From positions 47,616,001 to 47,680,000 of the forward strand of contig NC_043013.1 of assembly GCF_006345805.1 (NCBI RefSeq): a stretch of 64,000 bases of DNA. Reading direction: 5' to 3'. Made by a program: the position numbers and the translations under genes. How positions within the stretch are numbered: the stretch's first letter is position 1; each line of letters begins with the position of its first letter. The stretch comes from Octopus sinensis (Eukaryota). This document shows, in pieces, positions 1 through 11,665 of the stretch. The notes below the pieces were generated by a model. It did no database searches. It had not been told where the DNA came from and was given only the letters and a program-made list of their open reading frames with translations.

Positions 1-47
1 GTGTGTGTTCATGTATATAGACAGACAGACAGATAGATCGATTGATT

Positions 48-150
48 GGGGCAGGGTTGTTTGTGTGGTAAAGAGGTTTGCTCCCAACAACATTATTCTG
101 GGTTCTCTTCAAATGCGTGACACATTGGGCAATTGTTTTCTACATTAGAC
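48..150 (+). mobile_element. Degenerate tRNA-derived SINE head (family B)
   Basis: gcagggttgtttgtgtggtaaagaggtttgct...gggttctcttcaaatgcgtgacacattgggcaa aligns loosely to the intact family-B head at 46197. Confidence 0.4.
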
Positions 151-159
151 CGGTACTGA

Positions 160-195
<36 letters not shown>

Positions 196-261
196 TATAT
201 ATATTATATATATATATATATATATATGTAAAATAATATGGGACAATTATTCGGTAGCCAA

Positions 262-322
262 GATAAAACTCTGAATTTCGGATGCCGAGGTGGAAATCCA
301 CTCCACCGTCTCTTCGGTTATC
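262..322 (-). ncRNA. Minimal type-I hammerhead-ribozyme-like motif (Penelope-like element type), CCGAAGA core variant
   Basis: Minus strand reads gataa-CCGAAGA-gac[ggtgga gtggatt tccacc]tcggcatcc-GAAA-ttcagag-TT-ttatc: perfect 5-bp stem I (gataa/ttatc), hairpin stem II, short near-palindromic stem III. Confidence 0.55.
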
Positions 323-789
323 TGGCTATCTAAAAAGCGCTATGAAAAAAGACCGTTATCCAAAGGGAAATTACTGTGTTATAGTCCGCTACTTTTACAA
401 AAGCGCTAATTCAAATGACCGCTAATTAAGATAAGGTTAAAAGTTCATAGTAAACACGTAAGCGTGCCTGTTCATACGTATACACGTGCGTACATATATA
501 TCACTATGAAAACGTACACATCTTCACTCGCCAAATGTATATGCATATATATACAAACTCATACACAGCCACGTGCACCGTAAAAGTTCATACGTCTACA
601 TACGCACAAGCACAAGAAAAAACAGGGTTAAGGGTAACAATACAGAAAAAAGGCATAAGGGAGTAAACAAAGAGTAAACAACGTTCATATACGGACATGC
701 CCTTATGCACGCACACACACACACACCCATTTATGTACATACTCACACATGTCTATATACGCATACACACACACGCACACATCTATATA

Positions 790-850
790 CATACCCGCAC
801 ACTCGTACACATCTTACCGTTTTTACCAATATATAGATAGATATATATAT

Positions 851-891
<41 letters not shown>

Positions 892-988
892 CATATATAT
901 ATATGTATATATATATACATATATATATATATGTATATGGATATATATATGTATATACATATATATATATATATGTATATATATATGT
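790..988. repeat. (TA)n/(TATG)n microsatellite
   Basis: Direct inspection. Confidence 0.95.
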
Positions 989-1325
989 AAAGACCCCCTT
1001 CGGTCATGAATGACCATGGGATTGCACCTAGAAAGTTACCCTCCTAGACACAAGTCCGGGCAAGGTTGATTATGGAAGACCAGCAGTCGCCCATGCATAC
1101 CAGCCTCCCCTCTCCACGCCACCAGTGTTATCCAAGGGAAAGACAAAGGTCGATACAGCCTGGCACCAGTGACGTCGCAACTCATTTCTACAGCTGAGTG
1201 AACTGGAGCAACGTGAAATAAAGTGTCTTGCTCAAGAACACAACACGCAGCCCGGTCCGGGATTCGAGCTCACAACCTCACGATCGTAAGCTCGACGCTC
1301 TAACCACTGAGCCATGCGCCTTCAC
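988..1325 (-). mobile_element. tRNA-derived SINE (family C head, body type 1)
   Basis: Minus strand begins gtgaaggcgcatggctcagtggttagagcg (A box)...gagctcgaatccc (B box), then ttgagcaagacactttatttcacgttgctccag shared with the 36734 copy. Confidence 0.9.
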
Positions 1326-1349
1326 ACATATATATGTATATACATATAA

Positions 1350-1397
<48 letters not shown>

Positions 1398-1412
1398 ATT
1401 ATATATATATAT

Positions 1413-2882
1413 ATATAAGAATGAATGTTTTTATATATAATGAACGTGAAATACAGGAAGGGACGAACACGGAACACAGACAAATCATTCGAAGCCTTCA
1501 ATCTTCAGTCAGACACCGAATCATCATAGCAAATTTCGGCTGTTCAATTCTGATATTTGCTCCAACTCGGCCAGCCCCAAGAAAAAAACTAAGCTGTAAG
1601 CATTAGATTTCTTGGTAGAAGACAGGAATGTGAACGCACAAGACGGATGTAAATACAAGAGACGAAAACGAAATTGAAAACAGTAATGAATAAACAAAAT
1701 ATATATAACGGTGGTTGTCATACGACTTTAGACCAAATGAGACAAAACAACAACAACAACATAGCAGCTGGCGTAGAAATAATTACCGTTTCGGTAGCGG
1801 GGACACATGTTGGTCAAGATACGATGGCCAACAGAATGGTTAAGAATCAGCAGGTCGCAGGAGAGAGAGAGAAAGAGAGACAGAGAGAGAGGGAATCAAA
1901 GAGGGTGGAAGGCAGGGGACAGAATCAGTGACCAAGAGGAAAGGAGAAAGAAGGGATTAAGGAGGATGGGAGGAAGAGGGGGGAAGAATCGGAGGGCGCC
2001 AAAATAGTTTGGTGAAGAAGCAATGGCGGGTAGGAAAGACAGTGTGTATAGAAGTCGTGCAGTGTTTAAAATTGGACAAACAAACGGGGAGGGGGTGCAC
2101 GTAACGCCGCAATAATATAAGAATGAATGTTTTTATATATAATGAACGTGAAATACAGGAAGGGACGAACACGGAACACAGACAAATCATTCGAAGCCTT
2201 CAATCTTCAGTCAGACACCGAATCATCATAGCAAATTTCGGCTGTTCAATTCTGATATTTGCTCCAACTCGGCTAGCCCCAAGAAAAAAACTAAGCTGTA
2301 AGCATTAGATTTCTTGGTAGAAGACAGGAATGTGAACGCTCAAGACGGATGTAAATACAAGAGACGAAAACGAAATTGAAAACAGTAATGAATAAACAAA
2401 ATATATATAACGGTGGTTGTCATACGACTTTAGACCAAATGAGACAAAACAACAACAACATAGCAGCTGGCGTAGAAATAATTACCGTTTCGGTAGCGGG
2501 GACACATGTTGGTCAAGATACGATGGCCAACAGAATGGTTAAGAATCAGCAGGTCGCAGGAGAGAGAGAGAAAGAGAGACAGAGAGAGAGGGAATCAAAG
2601 AGGGTGGAAGGCAGGGGACAGAATCAGTGACCAAGAGAAAAGGAGAAAGAAGGGATTAAGGAGGATGGGAGGAAGAGGGGGGAAGAATCGGAGGGCGCCA
2701 AAATAGTTTGGTGAAGAAGCAATGGCGGGTAGGAAAGACAGTGTGTATAGAAGTCGTGCAGGGTTTAAAATTGGACAAACAAACGGGGGGGTGCACGTAA
2801 CGCCGCAATAATATAAGAATGAGTGTTTTTATATATAATGAACGTGAAATACAGGAAGGGACGAACACGGAACACAGACAAA
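1413..2882. repeat. Tandem array: 702-bp unit + 696-bp unit + 72-bp terminal partial unit
   Basis: atataagaatgaatgtttttatatataatgaacgtgaaatacagg recurs at 1413, 2115 and 2811; the full units differ by only a few substitutions and short indels. Confidence 0.95.
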
Positions 2883-3029
2883 CATCTGTGTGTCTGTGTC
2901 TGTGTCTGTGTATGTATATTATTATTCAGTTTTATTTCAAGGTTTCTTGCCAATAGAAAAAGAGACTGTTTCTAACCTAAATCCAAGGCTCGTTTCGTGG
3001 ACTGCCAGCAACATCAACAGGTTATTTTT

Positions 3030-3108
3030 GTATGTATGTATGTATGAATGTATGTATGTATGTATGTATGTATGTATGTATGTATGTATGTATGTATGTA
3101 TGTATGTA
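3030..3108. repeat. (TATG)n microsatellite
   Basis: Direct inspection. Confidence 0.9.
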
Positions 3109-3743
3109 TTCTACACATGTATGTATCCTACACATGTAGGATGAAATTCAAAATTCTTGTTAGAAGTATTTCGATAATATACACATCATTATAAATATCT
3201 CATGTTCAACGCATGCGTGCTAAACACATGTAGCTGTAGTATTACGTTTGGGAACGGTCCACTTAAAGACGTATAGCATTAAAAACACAACAAACTTGAA
3301 AACTAGTTGAAAAGTGACCGTCCCGAAAGTGATCGAGAACGTCTGATATGGACATTATTTTCCGCTCACCAGTGTAATATATTCGTCTCACATCGGAAAC
3401 GAAATCGAATCGACGGCTACAAATATATGCAAACAGGATCAAATTTGTTTGCTGATGAGCCATAGCGCCGCACATACATTTTATATTAACATGCTTACAT
3501 TACTGAGCTTACATTACCGGGCTACATCTAAAACTAAATTTGTATTTTGCTCTTCCTATGCAGCTCAATTGCGCACCAGGAAATAGATTTTTACACTGTC
3601 TGTATACACTTGTAGCTGACGATTTGATTTTGTTTTAGAAGCAGGCTAAACATATGCTACTGAGAGCAGAAAAACGACCTGTTAAATATCCATATATGTC
3701 ATCCTCAGTCACTTCCGAACCGGTTTCATTTAGTGGCATTGAA

Positions 3744-3798
<55 letters not shown>

Positions 3799-3799
3799 G

Positions 3800-3850
<51 letters not shown>

Positions 3851-3852
3851 CA

Positions 3853-4105
3853 TTTTTGAGTAATGAGATAAAAAACCCATGGCTGTATAGATATTAGAGC
3901 ATTTATAGATAGTAGGTCTTACAGCTGTTTCTAGAATATTAATTAGTAATATCCCTTCATCGGAGAGGATTTTTCCTCTCACACCGTCTCCGATGAAGGG
4001 ATGTTATTATTAATTAATATTCTAGAAACAGCTGTAAACCTTCTATCTATAAATGCTCTAAAATCTATACAGCCATGGTTTTTTTTTCATCTCATTACAC
4101 AAAAA
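3853..4105. repeat. Long inverted repeat (about 115-bp arms, 20-nt spacer)
   Basis: 3853-3966 is the near-perfect reverse complement of 3987-4105 (e.g. ccatggctgtatagat...acagctgtttctagaatatt...cccttcatcggaga vs tctccgatgaaggg...aatattctagaaacagctgt...atctatacagccatgg). Confidence 0.95.
3986..4040 (+). ncRNA. Minimal type-I hammerhead-like motif (mirror copy on minus strand at about 3914-3970)
   Basis: gtct-CCGATGA-a-gggatgtt...aatattct-a-GAAAC-agct-GTA-aacc; 8-9 bp stem II, palindromic ACAGCTGT stem III; the mirror copy ends GTA-agac, which pairs with gtct. Confidence 0.6.
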
Positions 4106-4519
4106 TTCATATATACACACGCTGACATAGAACCAACGTTGAACCCTTTATTCGCAATATTACCGAATCTGGAACTTAACTATGGTCTGTCTATAGCACT
4201 TATTCATCATTACCTGACACCTTTGGGTCTGAAAGACACCATTATCTCTTGTAACCTCAATATATATATATATAAAACACTATACGCCTTCAACGTGATG
4301 TCTCACAGACTTAATACAGTAGCTAAAATCGTTTAATAACACACGTGTTAGGTATGTGATATTGATAGTTCTTACATTACTGAACTGCTTTACACACAAA
4401 ATTTGACTATAAACCTACATTCATACATATATGTGTGTGTGTGCGTGCATAAGGGTGTGTGTTTTTACGTATATATATAATGTTGTGTATTAATATACCC
4501 GCCTACTTATAGGCATCAC

Positions 4520-4539
4520 GTATTATATATTATTATATC

Positions 4540-4588
<49 letters not shown>

Positions 4589-4627
4589 TTTTTGCGTTGT
4601 ATACACACACATACACGTATATGTATG

Positions 4628-4689
<62 letters not shown>

Positions 4690-4841
4690 CAAATATATAT
4701 ATGTATATATATATATATAATATATATATATATATACACACCTTTTGCGTTATATATATGTACATACACATATATGTATGTATGGGTGGATATGTATGTA
4801 CATATACACACAGATACTCTCACAAACACACGCACACACAC

Positions 4842-4890
<49 letters not shown>
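4520..4890. repeat. Compound (TA)n/(CA)n microsatellite field
   Basis: Direct inspection. Confidence 0.9.
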
Positions 4891-4891
<1 letters not shown>

Positions 4892-5922
4892 CATTACAGG
4901 GAAAAAATTTATTAGGGTTCGGAAAATTATTAAAGAATTATCAATATATCTTTAGATTAATTTTTAGTTTTCTGTTTTACATGGAATGTGAATTGTCAAT
5001 ATTCTTAAAGCTTCTTAAATTTTCTTACATATCAAGTGAATTAAACTTTTGATATGCTGCTTAAAAGGTTAACTTTCGGTGTATTGCTAACTTAATAAAG
5101 TCAGCAGTTTACAAAATTGTCAAATACCACATTTGAACTGGAAATATCGTGAATACTACGGAAGTTTCTGTTTTGCTCCCGTTGGTGAATTAACAACACC
5201 TTTCTATATGAAAATCTCGTATTGGATTAATATTGCATTCATAAACAAACAGCAAAATGTTTACGTTTGTATGCTAGATATTGTAAGGTCTAAATTTTAT
5301 TAAAATTTCTTGAACTCATAACTCATATCTTGAGAAATTGTTGAAATTATGATAAAAATGTTATGAACAATATGTGGTGGGACATATATATATATTGTCC
5401 TCCCAATGATTTTTTAATTTGTAATCTGGTTAAATTTTGTCCAGATTCCGTATCATCTTTATTACATTAGGAAACAGAAAACTGCAGATTGTTAGGGGAT
5501 CAATTTGGCGAGGTTGTCTTGGAAAGAATTAGAATTTAGCATAGGTTCTATGACAGAACGCTGTAAGAACATGAGAGATAATGGGTTATATTGATCAGAT
5601 AATGATAATCATAACTGAAAATGAGTTATATTGATCAGCTATGAGAAGAATGCTTTTGTTGGTTTGGGGAAAAGCTATCCAGTTAAATATATTGGGGGAT
5701 ACATAAATTAGCGGTAGAATTTTGGTTGAAAATGATGCTTTTCCATTTTATCTTTTTTGATGCATTCTAAGACATCTGCCTTTTAGTAAGGTTGTTTATC
5801 ATTCTAGAAGTGCGGGCATTGGGGTCAACTGGTATTCAGTTATGTTGTCTGCTAAGTTAACTAAGTGAGAACTAGTCAAAAGGTAAAGCGATCTACATTA
5901 AATAAGTATTATTATGCTTCAT

Positions 5923-6560
5923 AAGGCGGCAAGCTGGCAGAATCGTTATCACGTCGGGTAAAATGCCTAGCAGTATTTCGTCCGCTTTTACTCTCTAAAG
6001 TCAAATTCTGTCAAGGTCGATTTTGTCTTTCATTCTTCTGGGATCGTCAGAATAAGTGCAAGTTGATTACTGGGGTCGATGTAATCGACTTTGAATCTTT
6101 TCGGTTTGAACGGCAGTTTTTCTAGCGGTGTCATATGAAATTGTCACCCATAATTATGACCCTAGAATCGATCTATTGCATTTCAATCTGTTTTAGGGTT
6201 AGGGTTAGGGGTGGGGGGAAGGGTATCTTTTTTTCTTCACAAATGTAAATAAACCCAAACTGTTTCTTAAACGAGGGACATATTCATACGGCACAATGTT
6301 CTTTTACCTCAATGGACGTCATTGATTGGTTGAAATTGCAGAAATTGAAGAAAAAATACAACAAATATCTTACAAACTATAGAATTTTCTCAATAAAGCC
6401 AAGAGAAAAAGATGTTTTATAAACACATTCTACCAGTATACGAAGTTTAAAATTTTTTAGTTACGTGGAAATTATGTTAAAAACTGCCGTTCAAACCGAA
6501 AAGATCCTCGACTTTTACCCTCCCCCGAAATTGCTGGCTTTGCGCCAAAATTTGAAATCA
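5923..6560 (+). mobile_element. tRNA-derived SINE (family A), interrupted by a MITE at 6093-6507
   Basis: aaggcggcaagctggcagaatcgtta...gtcaaattctgtcaaggtcgattttg...gatgtaatcgacttt|MITE|tcgacttttaccctcccccgaaattgctgg...caaaatttgaaatc. Confidence 0.85.
6093..6507. mobile_element. 415-bp MITE with 28-bp TIRs and 8-bp TSD (Merlin-like by GG terminus and TSD length)
   Basis: TIR g(a/g)atcttttcggtttgaacggcagtttt ... aaaactgccgttcaaaccgaaaagatcc; tcgacttt duplicated at 6085-6092 and 6508-6515; internal (TTAGGG)3. Confidence 0.85.
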
Positions 6561-9500
6561 ACATTATACACCGGGATAAAGCAAGGAGCAGTCAGAATCG
6601 TTACCGCAGGGCAAAATACTTTAGCGGCATTTCGTCAGTCTTTATGCAAATTACTTAAATATTATTTCAGTTTCTTGATGTTCTATATTTAAGATCATTT
6701 TTCACATCTCAAATAATGATAAAGATCTACCAAGAAATATATATTTCAAACATACGAACTTCCATGAACATCATTTCATAAATCAACCTTAACGTCTCTC
6801 CTCCTTTACTAAATCTCAGTAAAACAAACAAACAAAAATACTCCTAAGATTTTAAATCCACCTTTGCTTAATTTCAATTCTGACCGTTTTGCATTTGACA
6901 AAATTAATACTCTGACAAGAGGCTACAGATAGTGCGTGAGGGAGCAATTTAGGCTTAACTTATTATTTCAATGGTACACATTGTAGCGTTTTCACTAAGT
7001 CCAACCGTGGCAAGTTCGAAATTACATGCACACCTCCTATATATTATAGACTACATCTGTATTAAAGAAGTCCCTCTAGCTTTATTGATATGGGTGATAT
7101 ATTATATCGATGGAAATCCCACCCTTTTCAAGCAAACGTCGATCAGTTTCTAATGACAGAGTGTTAAATATTCTCAGTTTTCTGGTGTTCTGGCCTAACA
7201 AAATGACTACTACGAAGTGATTGAACTGTCCACATAAAGTTGATATTTAATTAATTCTTCACATCCTTACAGTTAATATCTCGTCACATGTTTTTTGTAA
7301 TTCTATTACCTTTGAAATATTAAAGTTCCTCAACACTTCACAAGATTGTGTATAATCAAGTTTCACAGGATAAATTCTACAGCACCACCAGAATATTTGG
7401 TGTGGTAGTCAACACATACTTTTTGTTAAATAAAACGAGAGTGTTTCATCACAACTTTCCGAAATTGATCCATGATTTCTGCAATGCATCCGATCACAAA
7501 TCAATTGTCTCTGGTGTTTAAATCTATACAGTCGGTGTTCTGTTGGCCTTTTCTTGTTTACGTTCAATACTCAACTAACAATGGTTATTTGTAACTATTT
7601 TTACATTTATTTGCATACGAACTAAAAAAACACAAAAGCATAAGAAATTTTAGGTTCATTCTGCTTCTTTGTGTCAACATGCGAAAATATTGATGTCCAG
7701 GTCAGACAAAATTTGTTTTCAATTGAATTATCACGAATTATGCAGCTTTATTAAGTTACAAGATATGAAACTATTTGGTATCTAGTTATCTGATGTTAAT
7801 TACAGGGGTGTTGCACAGAAATAGTTTTCATTAATCTAATGAAATATTTTGCAGCTCTTTTAAGGTATTCTATCCATTGCATTGACTTATAACACTCAAC
7901 ATATACCCACTACGTGTTCATATATGTGTGTGTATGAGTGTGTGTATGCGTGCGTGCACGAGTGTGTGTGTGTGTGGTGTGTGTGTGTGTGTGTTTGTGT
8001 ATGAATTCGAATGAGAGTGTATGTTTGTATGGTTATATGTATTTCTCCTTTGAAAGTAAATTTTCGATTCTGTTCTTAGTTTAGCACTGTTTTGAAAAGA
8101 GAAACTGTTTTGAGCGCTAAAAACTGTCACAGCTACATTCCTCTTGTTCCTTTTATGCTTATGTGTCTATAAAAATAACCTCAAACTGTCTATGAGTTTA
8201 AATAAATACTTACATCTAATCTTAATTTGCTAATAGTTTACACTACTTTTAATAAATGTATTCGTTACATTTTACTACATCAAATGATGGTACTAACGTG
8301 AAATGTTACAGGAAAGTACTAAATAGGCTGAGTAGCCCCTCTGGTGAAACGAAGTCCATCCCCCACGCCAAATAAACTTGTCATTTTTAGTTTAACTTTG
8401 ACTTCTGCGAAATAATTTATTGTGCTTTCAAGTTAAATGATGTTTTACAAAATTAGTTTGAAAACATCATTTTAATTCGGACAGTATATTAATTAAGTTT
8501 AAGTTAATGGATTCAAATTGCCACAAATAGAAATAAAATCACAAAATACTTGATTAATTGTGAATTTGTTTGATTATCTGATTTAGTTTTACAAACAAGT
8601 ATCTATTCAGAAAGTAAATATTTTTATAACTTTAATTTCATATCCGAGACTAGAAATCTTCTAGTCTCCATTTAGTCTGGGAGTAAAGCATCGTAGCATC
8701 AGTATTTAAACACTCAGGTGACAATTCTTTCAAATGAGTTGAACAAAATGTTAATCAATTTCAATATATTCAAATTATTAACTTGAAACACACTTATATT
8801 GAAAAAATATTTTGCAATATACTTTTCGCATACCTGAAAGCATTTATATATTTTCTCGTAAGAGAAATGAGATTAAGTTAAATATATTCTATTTTCTCTA
8901 GTTATTATATAAAAGTATGTTTGCTGTCCTCCACACTATCAAACGGTTGGACATACTGTCTACATTTCGATGGTAATTAGTTACAAAAGGAGACATATTT
9001 CTGTGGCCAATTAATTTTGTTTATAATTATGATATCTGACAACCATGATATACTTTTATAGTTTACCAAACTTCTTAATTATATCGATATCTCTGTGAAT
9101 CTACATCAAATGCGGAATAGTATTTCCGACATTCTTAGAAATAGTTTATATTATAGATTTAAGTAAAATTTCAAATCAACTCTAAAAAACTCTAAACTCT
9201 GTTCTCATTCATAAACTTTTAACAAACACCAAAATAATTCTGGAGATTATATTAAAGGTTGAGCATTTTATCAATTCGAATGTAATAGAGTAGGATTCTT
9301 CGGCAATATGCATTTAATATGTTTTTCATTTTTAGCCTTAGCTTTTCCTGACAACGTCTTTGAAAATTTAATTTTCATATCCTTCTAATTTGAACTCCCA
9401 TCCAATGTTGTTTCAAGCAATAAAAGAGAAGACAAAGCTTTTGGTAATAAATGCTGGGAGATTCGTCGCACGTTTGACTTTCATAGGCGCGTAGTAATGA

Positions 9501-9729
9501 AGTCAGCCAGATGTAATAATACCTTGTTGTGGGATTATTTCTAAAAATTGATGGCAAATATTTTCGCAAGATAAAGAGAGCGGGATATAATAAATAGAGA
9601 AAAGCACATGATAACTCGATGTGTATATTTGTTTCTGCGACAGAGTTCACATCTTGATAAGGCAGACTTCAGTTCTCTTTCTTCTCGAATTGGTAAAACG
9701 TGCACAAGTTGTGTATTGTTAGATTAAAT

Positions 9730-10126
9730 GGATCTTTTCGGTTTGAACGGCAGTTTTTTCTAGCGGTGTTATATGAAATTGTTACCCATAACTATGACCC
9801 TAGTATCGATCTATTGCATTTCAATCTGTTTTAGGGTTAGGGTTAGGGTTAGGGGTGGGGGAAGGGTATCTTTTTTCTTCAGAAATGTAAATAAACCCAA
9901 TCTGTTTCTTAAACGAGGGACATATTTATACGGCACAGAATGTTTTTTACCTCAATAGACGTCAGTGATTGGTTGAAATTGCAGAAATTGAAGAAAAAAA
10001 TAACAAATATCTTACAAACTATAGAATTTTCTCAATAAAGCCAAGAGAAAAAGATGTTTTATAAACACATTCTACCAGTATACGAAGTTTAAAATTTTTT
10101 AGTTACCTACAAATTATGTTAAAAAC
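9730..10126. mobile_element. Second copy of the 415-bp MITE, right TIR mostly missing
   Basis: Near-identical to 6093-6485, starts ggatcttttcggtttgaacgg, ends ttatgttaaaaac. Confidence 0.85.
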
Positions 10127-10321
10127 ATATGTTGATTAAATCAACCGTCCTCGTTCTCTTAAAACAGTAGGTGCATACCCAAAGATTGAAGTTAATATTT
10201 TGAGATGCAGCTTTGTGCTCTGGACTTTATGTATTCAATCTGATATTATGGCCTAAAAGGGTATTCATATATCGTTCGCATATGTATGTTCAACGATTGA
10301 AACAAGACAAATTTAAGCCTA

Positions 10322-10537
10322 CGAAGGGATGCTGAAAAATTCCCGGTTTGGGGTATAAGAAAATACAGGAGGATCAGTTAATTATGATTTTTTTTCAATA
10401 TATTTTCCTCTCAGATTCACATACTTATGTCAGTGATTCATCAGATTTTCTAAGCCCTTGAAGAACTCTGAAGGTTGGGCCTCAAACGAGGCCTTTTTTG
10501 ATACTCTTAAAACCAGGAACATTTCAGCACCTCCTCA
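10322..10537. mobile_element. Tc1/mariner-type MITE
   Basis: ta|cgaagggatgctgaaaaattcccggttt ... aaaaccaggaacatttcagcacctcctca|ta: imperfect ~28-bp TIRs flanked by TA. Confidence 0.7.
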
Positions 10538-10987
10538 TAGATAGAAAAGGGTTGTCAAAATAAGTTCTGCAATGATTTATGAAATTATTTTGTTGTTGTT
10601 TGATTACATTTGGAATAATAAAATGTTGTGGCATCTCTCATTATGTGTATTATTAAAGGTTTTGACTAGAAGTTTTCTTCTTTAAATGAAGTCAGATATG
10701 GAATTCTTCTGTCCTCTGTTCTTGATACAATACGTATCTACGAATAAATTCTAACATAATGCTGATAGGAATGTGGCGTATAAATTATACGGTCTTTCGA
10801 AAACTAGCAATCAAATGAAGCTGGTTAGGAAACATTAGTGCATTTATCTACCTATGTATCTACCTACCTACTTACCTAAAAATCTCGCTATCTTACCATC
10901 TATATACCCATATCTGCATACATACAGACGCACATGATATATCACATGCGCATATATCTCTTACCTCTCTCTCTCTCTCTCTCTCTA

Positions 10988-11011
10988 TCATATATATATA
11001 TATACATACAC

Positions 11012-11067
<56 letters not shown>

Positions 11068-11077
11068 CATATATATA

Positions 11078-11147
<70 letters not shown>
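10988..11147. repeat. (TA)n microsatellite
   Basis: Direct inspection. Confidence 0.95.
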
Positions 11148-11148
<1 letters not shown>

Positions 11149-11481
11149 AAATTAGTGTACATTTATACACAAAGAGGCAAGCCGTTAACAGGTTGCCTCA
11201 CATACTAGAAAGAACAGTCAAAAAGTCCAAACCACAATTAAGAGAAATTTCGAAGGGAATGAAAAATAAAAGCATTTACCATGTTTTACAGCTGGACCTC
11301 AGATTTCGAACTTTAATTAGCAAATAAAAATAATTTGCAAGGCGAAGTTCTCATCAGCGGATACGCCAAAACACTATATAAATTAGAGGCCAAATAACAC
11401 GTGTCTCATCCTTATATTTTATATTTTTTTCAAATCCACCGCACAAGCTTGCCTCTTTGTGTATAAATGTACACTAATTTT
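11148..11481. mobile_element. 334-bp element with perfect 35-bp terminal inverted repeats enclosing a hammerhead-like motif
   Basis: aaaattagtgtacatttatacacaaagaggcaagc (11148-11182) is the exact reverse complement of 11447-11481. Confidence 0.75.
11290..11362 (-). ncRNA. Type-I hammerhead-ribozyme-like motif with canonical core
   Basis: Minus strand: tccg-CTGATGA-GAACTT cgcctt GCAAAT tattttt ATTTGC taatta AAGTTC-GAAA-tctgag-GTC-cagc; perfect 6-bp stem II with G-C closing pair; stem I is weak. Confidence 0.6.
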
Positions 11482-11574
11482 TATATGAAAAATATGTCTA
11501 TTGACTTTGTATACATATTAGAGCACTGGTAGAAAAAAATTCTATAATTTTTTCCTACCCTATATAAATTTAAG

Positions 11575-11651
<77 letters not shown>

Positions 11652-11665
11652 AACGTGTGCATGGA

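Noticed and set aside
1255-1325. tRNA-like A/B boxes as a tRNA gene (also 36734-36800, 17685-17775, 46197-46265)
   Set aside because: Each continues into a multi-copy SINE body; these are SINE heads, not tRNA genes.
3453-3480. ctgatgag as another hammerhead core
   Set aside because: No stem II or downstream GAAA at a suitable distance.
6191-6215. (TTAGGG)n as telomere or chromosome-fusion scar (also about 9831-9855)
   Set aside because: Only 3-4 units and at the same position in both MITE copies; part of the element.
7350-7560. Possible Tc1/maT transposase C-terminal relic on minus strand
   Set aside because: Only vague similarity (ANRTP...GGAVE); no catalytic motif readable.
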